Part shown: positions 1 to 8,824 of the stretch, piece after piece
Numbering within the stretch: position 1 is the first letter of the stretch
Layout: each line of letters starts with the position of its first letter
DNA from: Actinomycetota bacterium
GTDB taxonomy: Bacteria > Actinomycetota > Actinomycetes > Nanopelagicales > Nanopelagicaceae
Length of the DNA stretch: 64,000 nt
Direction of reading: 5' to 3'
Assembly: GCA_947450545.1 (NCBI GenBank)
Contig: CANFVU010000002.1
Span: forward strand, 15,266 to 79,265
Translations under genes and position numbers: made by a program
The notes under the pieces: model-generated
Database searches by the model: none
Told to the model about the DNA's origin: nothing
The model's input: only the letters and a program-made list of their open reading frames with translations

Positions 1-985
1 GAACCAGAATACCCGTCCATGCGCGCGCAATGGAAGCCTCAGTTCCTGAACCGAAAGCTTTCCAAATATATGTAGGCAGCGTTCCCATTGGCCCTTTGAA
101 GATGTTCCATTGAGTTCCATCGCCACCACCGGTGAGCAAAACAACTGGTGCGGTTTCGCCAGCAACGCGAGCTACACCCAAGATCAGCGCGGTTACAAGG
201 CCGCTTCGTGCTGCAGGAAGAACGATCTGTTGAACAGTGCGCCATTGAGTTCCACCAAGTGCCACACCAGACTCACGTAGGTCTTGTGGAATCAAAAGAA
301 GAACTTCTTCAGCAGTACGCGCAATTGTAGGAATCATCAGAATTGCGAGTGCAAGTGAACCTTCGAATGATGAATAAAATTTTGTCAGCGGATAAACAAT
401 TGCAGCAAGGATAAATAAACCTGCAACGATTGAAGGGACGCCAGACATTGATTGAACTAAGAATTTAATAGGACGCGCAAATTTTCCGCGGATTTCTGTC
501 ATGTAAATCGCAGTCAAAATTCCAATCGGCAAACTAATAACTAATGCTGTTGCAACAATAAGAATTGATCCGATAATCGCGTGCTTCAACCCACCTGCCG
601 CAAGGTTTTCATCAGTGAAAGCTGCGTTCTGCATATCAGTGGTGAAAAGTGATAAGTGCAAACCTTTATAACCTCGAACAACCACCGAAACTAAAATACT
701 TATAATTGGCAGTACCGCAACACCAATCGCCATTGTTACAAGTCCACGAAAGAAGGCATCCACACCTGCCGATTTTCCATGGTTAAGTCGCACCACCACA
801 TAATCAATGATTAAGTAGATAACGACAAAAGCGCCGACGTAGCCAAGCTTTCCTTTGAGAGGTGAAACCGCAACGAGCAACACTGCAAGCAACACTGAAA
901 TAAGTAAAATGCTGCCAGTTTCAATCCGTTGGCGTGGAGTCGCTTTCCACGGCTTTTGTGGCTTTGGAATAGTCACTGTGCTCAT
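1..985 (-). CDS. pstA: Phosphate ABC transporter permease PstA (3' end runs off the left edge of the window)
   Basis: The minus-strand frame is open from the ATG at 983-985 to position 1. It is absent from the ORF track because its stop lies outside the window. My translation starts MSTVTIPKPQKPWKATPRQRIETGS. It contains the ABC-permease loop LMIPTIARTAEEVLLLIPQDLRESGVALGGTQW, typical of PstA. The start overlaps the pstC stop by 4 nt. Confidence 0.85.
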   Translation of the reverse strand, partial: MSTVTIPKPQKPWKATPRQRIETGSILLISVLLAVLLVAVSPLKGKLGYVGAFVVIYLIIDYVVVRLNHGKSAGVDAFFRGLVTMAIGVAVLPIISILVSVVVRGYKGLHLSLFTTDMQNAAFTDENLAAGGLKHAIIGSILIVATALVISLPIGILTAIYMTEIRGKFARPIKFLVQSMSGVPSIVAGLFILAAIVYPLTKFYSSFEGSLALAILMIPTIARTAEEVLLLIPQDLRESGVALGGTQWRTVQQIVLPAARSGLVTALILGVARVAGETAPVVLLTGGGDGTQWNIFKGPMGTLPTYIWKAFGSGTEASIARAWTGILV

Positions 986-1983
986 CGGCCGCTCTTTCCA
1001 GATTTCGCGACAATCACGTCAGCAATTGAGTTCACGATCAGAGTCACAAGGAACAAAATCAATCCGGCAGCCATAAGTGCTTTAATTTCAAGCGGAGTAG
1101 CTTCACCGAACTTCATCAAAATCATCGATGCGACGTTGCCACCTGCGCCGAGCAATACATGCCAGTTAATTTGATAAACAATGTTGAGTACGGTGTAAAC
1201 AGCAACGGTTTCACCCATCGCGCGGCCCAAGCCAAGCATCGCTCCGCCAACAATTCCTGAGCGCGCATATGGAAACGCAACTGCGCGAATCATTCCCCAA
1301 CGAGTCGAACCAAGAGCATATGCGGCTTGAATTCGATCGAGTGGAGTTTGTCCAAAGATTTCGCGAGAAATCGATGTGACGATAGGAATAATCATGATGG
1401 ATAAAACAACACCGGCAACGAATGGTGAACGATCAAAAACCGGTGCTTGCATGTTGAAGAATGGGATCCAGCCAAAGAATTTATGAAGCAGCTTTGCCCA
1501 GTAAACAGCGCTCGGCATCAAAACGAAGAATCCCCACAAACCATAAAGAATGGATGGGAAAGCGGCCATGAGATCGACGAGAGTTACCATGATCTTTTTA
1601 ATAGATGAAGGCGCGTAGAACGTTAAAAAGAGCGCCGTGAAAACAGAAATTGGAACGGCAATTGAGACGGCAATCGTCGAGCAAACCAGAGTTCCGATAA
1701 GCATTGCAGCAATTCCGAAATGCGATTGAGAAGGAACGGGAACGTTGTTGTCATCAACAACGGCGTTCCAATCACTCGTCGATATGAAATGAAAACCTTG
1801 TGATTGCAAAATTGAGAAGCCCTGATAAAGAAGAAAGATGAAGATCATTCCCAAAATAATGAGCGAAGATAATCCGCCACTCGTTACAACGGTGCGAAAA
1901 ACCTTGTCAGAAAATCTGGGCTTTGTCGTTAACTGTCGCTTCGCGGGCAGGGCCGGGCGCTCGGTTACTTGGGATGAACTCAC
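982..1983 (-). CDS. pstC: Phosphate ABC transporter permease PstC
   Basis: The ORF-track product is a multi-TM ABC permease (FPSILYGLWGFFVL, ALGSTRWGMIRAVAFPYARSGIVGG) directly upstream of pstA. The track start (TTG at 2025) lies inside the predicted -10 box. I prefer GTG at 1981-1983, which has AAGGGGGAG 9 nt upstream. The maximal ORF is 982..2025. Confidence 0.85.
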   Translation of the reverse strand: MSSSQVTERPALPAKRQLTTKPRFSDKVFRTVVTSGGLSSLIILGMIFIFLLYQGFSILQSQGFHFISTSDWNAVVDDNNVPVPSQSHFGIAAMLIGTLVCSTIAVSIAVPISVFTALFLTFYAPSSIKKIMVTLVDLMAAFPSILYGLWGFFVLMPSAVYWAKLLHKFFGWIPFFNMQAPVFDRSPFVAGVVLSIMIIPIVTSISREIFGQTPLDRIQAAYALGSTRWGMIRAVAFPYARSGIVGGAMLGLGRAMGETVAVYTVLNIVYQINWHVLLGAGGNVASMILMKFGEATPLEIKALMAAGLILFLVTLIVNSIADVIVAKSGKSGR

Positions 1984-2024
1984 GCACGGATACTCCCCCT
2001 TTTCGGGGGTTGTTAGTTGGCTCA

Positions 2025-2055
2025 AAAGTAAACGGAAGGTGAACGAATGGTGAAA
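2025..2055 (-). promoter_or_regulatory. PHO-box-like direct repeats overlapping a sigma70-type promoter for pstCA
   Basis: Two contiguous 11-nt direct repeats lie on the minus strand: TTTCACCATTC (2055-2045) and GTTCACCTTCC (2044-2034). Both carry the (G/T)TTCACC core described for actinobacterial PhoP boxes. TTCACC (2054-2049) can serve as the -35, followed by an 18-nt spacer and a -10 TACTTT (2030-2025). Confidence 0.5.
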
Positions 2056-2083
2056 TAAGGTCGAGACGGCTTAAGGTGGGGCT

Positions 2084-2638
2084 ATGGCAAACGAGGCTCC
2101 CAACCTGATCTGGGTTGACTGCGAAATGACGGGCTTGAGCATCGAAAACGATGCGCTGGTCGAAATCGCTGTCCTCGTTACCGATTCACAATTAAATGTC
2201 TTGGGTGAAGGCGTTGACCTTGTCATCAAAACAACCCAAGAGAAGCTCGATGCGATGAATGATTTCGTCCGCGAAATGCACACCTCGTCAGGTCTCATCA
2301 CAGAGATCCCTAACGGCGTCTCTCTCGAAGAAGCATCAACCAAGATTCTTGAATACCTCAATAAATATGCGCCTGGCGCTGGTAAATCACCGCTGGCTGG
2401 AAACTCTGTTTATGTTGATCGCCTCTTCATTGCCCGCGATCTTCCTGAAGTCCATGCCTATCTTCATTACCGAACCGTTGATGTCTCATCCATTAAAGAG
2501 CTTGCTCGACGGTGGTATCCACGTGCCTATTTCGCAGCGCCAAAGAAGACCGGCAATCACCGCGCTCTTGGCGATATTCGGGATTCCATCGATGAGTTGG
2601 ACTACTACCGCGCTCAGATTTTCGTTCCGGCGCCCTAG
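2084..2638 (+). CDS. orn: Oligoribonuclease
   Basis: 184 aa. It has the DEDDh exonuclease pattern NLIWVDCEMTGL ... GNSVYVDRLFI ... HRALGDIRDSIDEL. AAGGTGGGG lies upstream of the ATG. Confidence 0.9.
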   Translation: MANEAPNLIWVDCEMTGLSIENDALVEIAVLVTDSQLNVLGEGVDLVIKTTQEKLDAMNDFVREMHTSSGLITEIPNGVSLEEASTKILEYLNKYAPGAGKSPLAGNSVYVDRLFIARDLPEVHAYLHYRTVDVSSIKELARRWYPRAYFAAPKKTGNHRALGDIRDSIDELDYYRAQIFVPAP

Positions 2639-2674
2639 TTCTGTCCCGTATAATTAGCCTTTCCAGTGCAACAT

Positions 2675-2751
2675 GGTGGTCGTAGCTCAGCTGGTAGAGC
2701 ATCCGGTTGTGGTCCGGAATGTCGCGGGTTCGAGCCCCGTCGATCACCCCA
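2675..2751 (+). tRNA. tRNA-His (anticodon GTG), with encoded G-1 and CCA
   Basis: A hand-folded cloverleaf. The acceptor is GTGGTCG/CGATCAC with an extra 5' G. The anticodon stem is TCCGG/CCGGA with loop TTGTGGT. The T-arm is GGGTTCGAGCCCC. The discriminator is C, followed by CCA. Confidence 0.9.
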
Positions 2752-2792
2752 ATTTTTAACGCAGATCTCTGCGTCTATTTAAGGGAGTTCGA

Positions 2793-3287
2793 ATGCCTCA
2801 CATGATTTTCGATGTTGTCATCGAAATCCCTGCCGGAAGTCGCAACAAATACGAGATCGATCACAAGACCGGTGAAATTCGCCTTGATCGCATGCTCTTC
2901 ACATCAACTCGTTATCCCTATGACTACGGCTTTGTAAAGAACAGCCTCTCACTTGATGGCGATCCACTTGATGCACTTGTCCTTCTTGATGAGCCAACAT
3001 TCCCTGGTTGTGTTGTGAGCTGTCGCGTTGTCGGCATGTATCACATGCAAGATGAAGCTGGCGGAGATGACAAACTTCTCTGTGTTGCAGCGGGAGATAT
3101 TCGTAAGAATGATTTACAAGATCTCGATGACGTTGCTGAATACGATCTCAATGAAATCAGCCACTTCTTCCAGGTCTACAAAGCTCTTGAGCCAGGAAAG
3201 AAAGTTTTCGGCGGCGAATGGGTTGGCCACGTTGCAGCTGAAAATGAAATCAACGCAAGCTACGCACGTTACAAAGAAACACATTAG
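2793..3287 (+). CDS. ppa: Inorganic pyrophosphatase (family I)
   Basis: 164 aa with IEIPAGSRNKYE, YPYDYGF and DGDPLDALVL motifs of soluble PPase. Confidence 0.92.
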   Translation: MPHMIFDVVIEIPAGSRNKYEIDHKTGEIRLDRMLFTSTRYPYDYGFVKNSLSLDGDPLDALVLLDEPTFPGCVVSCRVVGMYHMQDEAGGDDKLLCVAAGDIRKNDLQDLDDVAEYDLNEISHFFQVYKALEPGKKVFGGEWVGHVAAENEINASYARYKETH

Positions 3288-3312
3288 TCCCTTTCACTAA
3301 CTCGGAGAGATA

Positions 3313-4554
3313 ATGGCAATTAACGCTGGCGATACTGCCTGGGTACTAGCAAGTGGTGCACTCGTTCTATTTATGACACCAGGTCTTGCAATCTTTTACG
3401 GCGGCATGGTTCGCGCAAAGAGCACCCTCAACATGATGATGATGTCTTTCTCAGCAATGGGAATCACCACAATTTTGTGGACTGCTTATGCCTACTCGCT
3501 CGCATTCAGCAAAGATGTTGGACACGGACTTCTTGGAAATCTCAGCCACATTGGTTTAGCAGGCACCATCGACTCCGTGACGGGAGCGCCGGGACACGCG
3601 ATTCCAGAACTCGCTTTCGTTATGTTCCAAATGACTTTTGCGATCATCACCGTTGCACTTCTTTCAGGTGCGATTGCAGATCGTGCCAAGTTCAGCGCAT
3701 GGATCATCTTCGTTATTGCATGGATAACAATCGTCTACTCCCCTGTTGCGCACTGGGCTTTTGCATCCGATGGTTGGATTTACGGCAAGCTCCACGCGCT
3801 TGATTTCGCAGGTGGAACAGTTGTTGAGATTAACTCTGGCGCAGCTGCACTTGCTCTAGCTCTCGTTCTTGGAAAGCGCGAAGGTTTCAAGCGCGATCGT
3901 ATGCGTCCTCACAATATGCCTCTCGTACTACTAGGCGCAGGCATGCTCTGGTTTGGTTGGTTCGGTTTCAATGCCGGTTCAGCTCTTGCAGCAAATCACA
4001 CTGCAGCACTTGCGATGATCAACACTCAAATTGCAACAGCTGCGGCGGTTCTCTCTTGGGTTGGATACGAAAAGATTCGCGAAGGTAAAGCCACCACTCT
4101 TGGCGCTGCATCTGGTGCGATTGCAGGAGCAGTTGGAATTACACCTGCTTGCGGATTCGTAACACCGCTAGGCGCACTCCTCATTGGACTTATTGCTGGC
4201 GCTGTTTCTGCATATGGTGTAAGCCTCAAGTACAAACTCAATTATGACGATTCACTCGACGTTGTTGGAGTTCATGGACTTTCAGGACTCGTTGGAATGT
4301 TGTCGATTGGATTCATCGCAACTCTTAAAGCGAACTCAGCCGGAGCAGATGGCCTCTTCATTTCAGGATCCCCATCACTTCTTGGAAAGCAAGCGATTGC
4401 CTCCATCGCAGTATTGGCTTATTCCTTTATCGCGACCTACATCATCGCAACCATTATTCAAAAGACAATCGGATTCCGCGTTCATCGCGATGTGGAAATC
4501 GAAGGCGTTGACACAGCAATTCATGCCGAGTCCGCTTACGAATTAGGCCGTTAA
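3313..4554 (+). CDS. amt: Ammonium transporter (Amt family)
   Basis: 413 aa, about 11 TM segments. Amt signatures DFAGGTVVEINSG, FGWFGFNAGS and VGVHGLSGLVGML are present. A PII gene follows directly. Confidence 0.92.
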   Translation: MAINAGDTAWVLASGALVLFMTPGLAIFYGGMVRAKSTLNMMMMSFSAMGITTILWTAYAYSLAFSKDVGHGLLGNLSHIGLAGTIDSVTGAPGHAIPELAFVMFQMTFAIITVALLSGAIADRAKFSAWIIFVIAWITIVYSPVAHWAFASDGWIYGKLHALDFAGGTVVEINSGAAALALALVLGKREGFKRDRMRPHNMPLVLLGAGMLWFGWFGFNAGSALAANHTAALAMINTQIATAAAVLSWVGYEKIREGKATTLGAASGAIAGAVGITPACGFVTPLGALLIGLIAGAVSAYGVSLKYKLNYDDSLDVVGVHGLSGLVGMLSIGFIATLKANSAGADGLFISGSPSLLGKQAIASIAVLAYSFIATYIIATIIQKTIGFRVHRDVEIEGVDTAIHAESAYELGR

Positions 4555-4582
4555 CAAGTCGCCGAGAAAAGAGTAGGGTTAA

Positions 4583-4924
<342 letters not shown>

Positions 4925-4988
4925 TGGGTTTTCGCAGAACCAGCCTTGGATGGTAGGTTCTGCCGTTGAAGTAAAGCAGTAAAACTTT

Positions 4989-5064
4989 GGGTTGTTAGCT
5001 CAGTCGGTAGAGCAAGTGACTCTTAATCACTGGGTCGGGGGTTCGAATCCCTCACAACCCACCA
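4989..5064 (+). tRNA. tRNA-Lys (anticodon CTT), CCA encoded
   Basis: Acceptor GGGTTGT/ACAACCC, anticodon stem AGTGA/TCACT with loop CTCTTAA, and T-arm GGGGGTTCGAATCCCTC. Confidence 0.9.
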
Positions 5065-5072
5065 AAGTAAAC

Positions 5073-5101
5073 GCCCCTCAAGAATCCTGAGGGGCTTTTT
5101 T
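5073..5101 (+). terminator. Rho-independent terminator after tRNA-Lys
   Basis: Stem GCCCCTCA (5073-5080) pairs with TGAGGGGC (5088-5095) around a 7-nt loop. Six T residues follow (5096-5101). Confidence 0.8.
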
Positions 5102-5187
5102 AATCCTCTGTGGCATTTGCTTGCATGGAACTTTGGTGAGGGCTGTGCCGATGTTGCGTCAAACCCTTTAAAACTAGAATATTGAAC

Positions 5188-5718
5188 TCAACCCTTAGAT
5201 GACACCGGAATCACGATTTCGTTGTACTGCATGAAGCCAGGTTTAAATGGCGGATCAAATCGACAGATTCGGGTTTCGTCAGAGAGTGCAATGTTGGCTA
5301 TCGATGCACTTAAGCGAAGCTCCTCAGCAATCTTTCGTGATAGTTCTTCGGTTGCTCTGCCGCGGAATGATTTAGCAACGCATCTTTCGGTACCTACTTC
5401 GCGCAATGTGACGTTCGAATCGCTGGGGTCTGGCAAGTGACCAAAGGTGCTGCCTGATGGCATTACAAAGGAGACATACCAATCATTGGATTCCGGCTTC
5501 TCTGTTTTTTGCGCGGCTATTACGGGGGCAGTCATTGCGATTTTTTCTGAGGACTTATTTCCCTTTGAAATGTAATTGAATAACGAAGCGAAAGCGCTGC
5601 TTGTTGCGCTTGAATACTGAGCATAAACTTTCACCTCTGCAATGACGCAAGGGAGATATTCACGAAGCTCAAATTCATCATACTTTTGTAGAAGATAAAA
5701 TTCTTGCCGCTTAGTCAT
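5188..5718 (-). CDS. SOUL/HEBP heme-binding family protein
   Basis: 176 aa. The N-terminal YDEFELREYLPCVIAEVKV and the overall length and pattern resemble the SOUL heme-binding fold. No signal peptide is seen. Confidence 0.6.
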   Translation of the reverse strand: MTKRQEFYLLQKYDEFELREYLPCVIAEVKVYAQYSSATSSAFASLFNYISKGNKSSEKIAMTAPVIAAQKTEKPESNDWYVSFVMPSGSTFGHLPDPSDSNVTLREVGTERCVAKSFRGRATEELSRKIAEELRLSASIANIALSDETRICRFDPPFKPGFMQYNEIVIPVSSKG

Positions 5719-5855
5719 AAATCCAGCCTACTCTTACATGGCGCTCGATTAGTCGCAGTTTTATCAAGAAATGTTGTTGCTCAAATGTGCTGTAAGAATT
5801 AGGCCGTATAGCCTCGAAAACGAATTTTGCTGACTCTTCTTAAAGTGGCTACTAA

Positions 5856-5999
5856 TTATTTTGTGGGTGCTGGGGATGCCATTGTTTCGTTAGAGCTTGA
5901 GTTTCCAATTACTTTTACTTCTGGAGCTTTTGAACCGCAAGAGCTCAGCAGGAGCGCCGAAAGCACTCCTACAGCAGCAATGGCCACGATTTTCTTCAT
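5856..5999 (-). CDS. Small putative lipoprotein (47 aa), below the ORF-track size cutoff
   Basis: My translation is MKKIVAIAAVGVLSALLLSSCGSKAPEVKVIGNSSSNETMASPAPTK. It has a basic N-terminus, a hydrophobic core and a lipobox-like LSSC. Its ATG lies 2 nt after the stop of the upstream 335-aa gene (TAGATATG), which suggests coupling. Confidence 0.4.
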   Translation of the reverse strand: MKKIVAIAAVGVLSALLLSSCGSKAPEVKVIGNSSSNETMASPAPTK

Positions 6000-6001
6000 A
6001 T

Positions 6002-7009
6002 CTATGACCGCGCACAACCCTTTGCCGAATTACTCCACTCGGTCTGAACAGAGTATGCGCCAACTTTTGTTGATCCGTAATTCCATGAACACTTGTCGCC
6101 AATTTCGGCGCCATTAGCATCGAACCAAGCATTTAATTGTGGGTCTGTAATGGTTTCGTAAATTTCATGGCTTGCAACGTTAGCAACTGCATCTACACCA
6201 GAGATTGTTGATCCAACTGTGTAGCCAGCCATATAGCTTGCAGCACAACCAGCCATCGTTCCTAGGTATGGCTGATATGCGATTGTGAATGGCTTGCCAT
6301 TAACAGAACCGGCACCGTGCCATGCGCAGAAGTTTGCACGAGCTGGGAAATTATTTGTGAAAACCATATACAAGCCTGCTGGGTCCATCGTTCCACCGTT
6401 TTGAGTAACAACTACTTTGTATGCCTCAGCAAGAATTGAAGCAGTTGTAGGTGCAGAAGTTGGTGGAGTCGATGTTGTGTCCGTGTAACTGCGAACGAAA
6501 GACATAGCGTTTTTCGCAGGTGAGACAAAGTATTGGTTGGTTACGCTATTAAGAGCATTTGATGGAGATGAAATTACTCCAAGATAGGAATCTACGGCTG
6601 CCTGGTATCCCGCTGGGAATCCTGTGCCCCAATAGATAGCAACAATTTTTGTCACTGGCATTGGGTTGCCTGTGTGTTTTGTGAGGTTCAAAACTGTTGT
6701 GGCTGGTCGTGGTGCAGCAGCATTGGATACACGAGTCTCAAAGACGCGTGAACCTGTGATTGCAACGCCGGTGATTCCACCATCTTGAGCGTCATAGTCG
6801 CGCTGATCTGCATCACTGCCGATTGTGCGAGAAGGATTACCAAAGCGAACTTCTGGACCTTTTTCACCTTGTTTTGCTTGCGCAGGTGCATCAGATTGTC
6901 CGTTCGCGTTCTTTTGCGCTGGGTTATCAGCGAGAGCGACGAAGCTGGTTCCGGAAAATGCAATTGCAGTAAGTGCAATGGCGAGCTTTCCTCGTGTTCT
7001 CTTTAGCAT
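6002..7009 (-). CDS. Secreted protein with PHI-1/EXORDIUM-like pattern
   Basis: 335 aa. The signal peptide is MLKRTRGKLAIALTAIAFSGTSFVALA, and AGGAGG lies upstream. Blocks IVAIYWGTGFP...YQAAVDSYL, LYMVFTNNF...FCAWHG, GCAASY and SGVDAVANVASHEIYETITDP run parallel to conserved blocks of plant EXORDIUM/phosphate-induced protein 1, as I remember them. Confidence 0.4.
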   Translation of the reverse strand: MLKRTRGKLAIALTAIAFSGTSFVALADNPAQKNANGQSDAPAQAKQGEKGPEVRFGNPSRTIGSDADQRDYDAQDGGITGVAITGSRVFETRVSNAAAPRPATTVLNLTKHTGNPMPVTKIVAIYWGTGFPAGYQAAVDSYLGVISSPSNALNSVTNQYFVSPAKNAMSFVRSYTDTTSTPPTSAPTTASILAEAYKVVVTQNGGTMDPAGLYMVFTNNFPARANFCAWHGAGSVNGKPFTIAYQPYLGTMAGCAASYMAGYTVGSTISGVDAVANVASHEIYETITDPQLNAWFDANGAEIGDKCSWNYGSTKVGAYSVQTEWSNSAKGCARS

Positions 7010-7078
7010 TCTGCCTCCTGAGCAGTTGTGAAGGATGCGATGGTATCAGCGCTTCCTGAGTCCTTCAGTGTGGTCATT

Positions 7079-8824
7079 TTATTCACTTTGTCTCTTCATT
7101 GAAAGTGTGAAGATCGCTCCACCCTCGCTTTGTGCTTGTAAATCCCAGTTCTCTCCCCCGATGGAATCAAAGGTCTGGCTGCCCATTCCTTCTGCTCCTT
7201 CAAGAGGTCCAACTCCGTTATCGCTGACGCTCAGTATGAGACGATCTTTTGCGGCTTTGAGCGAGATCGTCACTTGGCTGGCTTTGCCATGACGAAAAGA
7301 ATTCGAAAGTGCTTCATCGAGAACTTGAGCCAACTTTTTGGTTTCTGAAGGCGTAGTCGTTTTTACTGTGCCAGTGACAGAGCTCTTTACTTTCATGAGC
7401 CCATCCCAATTTTGTTTGGCACTTCGCAAAGTTGAGTCGAGTGAATGTTCAGGTTCTTGATGGTCGATTGACCCTGGAAGATGAAGTAATTCCTGCACTT
7501 TTGCTAACTCTAATCGAATGGCGTCAACATCCCCACGTGCAGTCGCACGGTCAATAACGTTGGCGGAGTTGATTAACGCGGTCTGCATATTGGTGTGGAG
7601 GAAGCGTGCAAGGTCGCGGCTAGCTCCGGAATTGGCAACTTTTGCACCGGCGACCGCGAGCTCTTCATCTGTAATGATGGACTTCAAGCTCTCAATAACT
7701 GCTTCTTCACGCGTAAAAACAGTGATTGTCGTGCTTACGAAATAAACCAAAAAGAGAATCCACACAATATCGGTTATACGATTTGCCAAAAGATCCACAC
7801 GCAATTGAAGAATTTTATAGATCCAATTTACAACGAGGTCATTGATAATCAAGACTAAAATTGTGAAGAGAAATTTTGGATATAGCTTACGAATCTTAAA
7901 TTTGTTTATACAGAGTTCTGATAGGTAGAGAATCGCTGCGAGAACCAAGAGATGAAATGTGAATCGCTCGATGGAGTCTGGAAAATAATCACGCTTAAAA
8001 AAAGAAGGTAAGGCCGTAATTGCATATCCGATAACAATGGCACCCCGGAAAATAGTCATATTCAAGATGCCCCATTTGATAGCGCTTCGAATTCGATGCG
8101 CTCCAATTCCCTGTGCGCGTGGATCAAAAAGTGAGTGACTGAGAGGACGGATTGATGTACTTGTACGATTTCTCAGATAATTTGCAATTTGCATGCCATC
8201 GATAGCACGACCGCTCGCAATCAATTCTTGAAGAACAGCCCTTGTTTCAGCAAGGTCTTTTTCAATACGTGCGTTGATGCGGCCATCAACAATTCCATCA
8301 GGCAACGTTGTCGCTTCATCTACTGCCGCAGCGAGAGTGTTCTGCGAAAGTGCTTGGCGCAACAGCTTGTTTCGTTGAATTGAGTATCTGTCGTAGCCAG
8401 CAATGAGAAAAGTGATGATTGGGAAAAGGCAAGCACCGATTAAGAAATTGTTGCCTATGCGCTTTTCCATGTCGGTACTAAACGGCTCGGTGAGCAAACC
8501 CCATTTATAGCCAACATACGTCATCAAATAACCCTTGATTCCTCCCAAAATCCCTCCAATTACGAGGATCCACCACCAAGGGCGGGGTCGAATCGAGCGG
8601 TGACGGTAGAGCGAGATGCTCAACAAGGCAAGAAGCCCGATGGGCGGGAGGGCTGAAATCGAAGATACTAATGTCCAACGCGCGAAAGGGAAATCAGAAG
8701 CTCCAACTGAATTTCCTAAAGGAGCGGCGAGAATAACCCAAGGTAAAGCTATCAATGAGCCTCTCAACGACATTGCCCACTTGCCGCCTAAAAGGTAATC
8801 GAGTTGCTTCCGATTTGTATTCAT
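7079..8824 (-). CDS. Membrane sensor histidine kinase (atypical, two TM blocks)
   Basis: 581 aa. The C-terminus is GHKL-like (EALSNSFRHG ... LILSVSDNGVGP ... GMGSQ). Candidate phospho-His sites are IRPLSHSLF, between the two multi-TM blocks, or ARFLHTNMQTAL. It overlaps the response-regulator stop by 4 nt. Confidence 0.7.
   Translation of the reverse strand: MNTNRKQLDYLLGGKWAMSLRGSLIALPWVILAAPLGNSVGASDFPFARWTLVSSISALPPIGLLALLSISLYRHRSIRPRPWWWILVIGGILGGIKGYLMTYVGYKWGLLTEPFSTDMEKRIGNNFLIGACLFPIITFLIAGYDRYSIQRNKLLRQALSQNTLAAAVDEATTLPDGIVDGRINARIEKDLAETRAVLQELIASGRAIDGMQIANYLRNRTSTSIRPLSHSLFDPRAQGIGAHRIRSAIKWGILNMTIFRGAIVIGYAITALPSFFKRDYFPDSIERFTFHLLVLAAILYLSELCINKFKIRKLYPKFLFTILVLIINDLVVNWIYKILQLRVDLLANRITDIVWILFLVYFVSTTITVFTREEAVIESLKSIITDEELAVAGAKVANSGASRDLARFLHTNMQTALINSANVIDRATARGDVDAIRLELAKVQELLHLPGSIDHQEPEHSLDSTLRSAKQNWDGLMKVKSSVTGTVKTTTPSETKKLAQVLDEALSNSFRHGKASQVTISLKAAKDRLILSVSDNGVGPLEGAEGMGSQTFDSIGGENWDLQAQSEGGAIFTLSMKRQSE

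Noticed and set aside
2759-2774. Hairpin ACGCAG-ATCT-CTGCGT after tRNA-His as a terminator.
   Set aside because: It is only a 6-bp stem with no following U-run (CTATTTAAGGG). It lies ~20 nt upstream of the ppa start and could equally be part of the ppa leader. There is not enough evidence to call it.
3268-3280. GTTAC-AAA-GAAAC near the end of ppa as a GlnR box for amt.
   Set aside because: The half-site spacing is 3 nt rather than the 6 nt of the gTnAc-n6-GaAAc consensus. The element lies only ~33-45 nt from the amt ATG, too close for an activator site plus promoter. It is a single copy only.
5827-6132. A 96-aa plus-strand ORF and an 80-aa minus-strand ORF spanning the SOUL / EXORDIUM-like intergenic region.
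   Set aside because: Both overlap the 3' end of the 335-aa gene or the better-supported 47-aa lipoprotein frame. Neither has a signal, motif or RBS.
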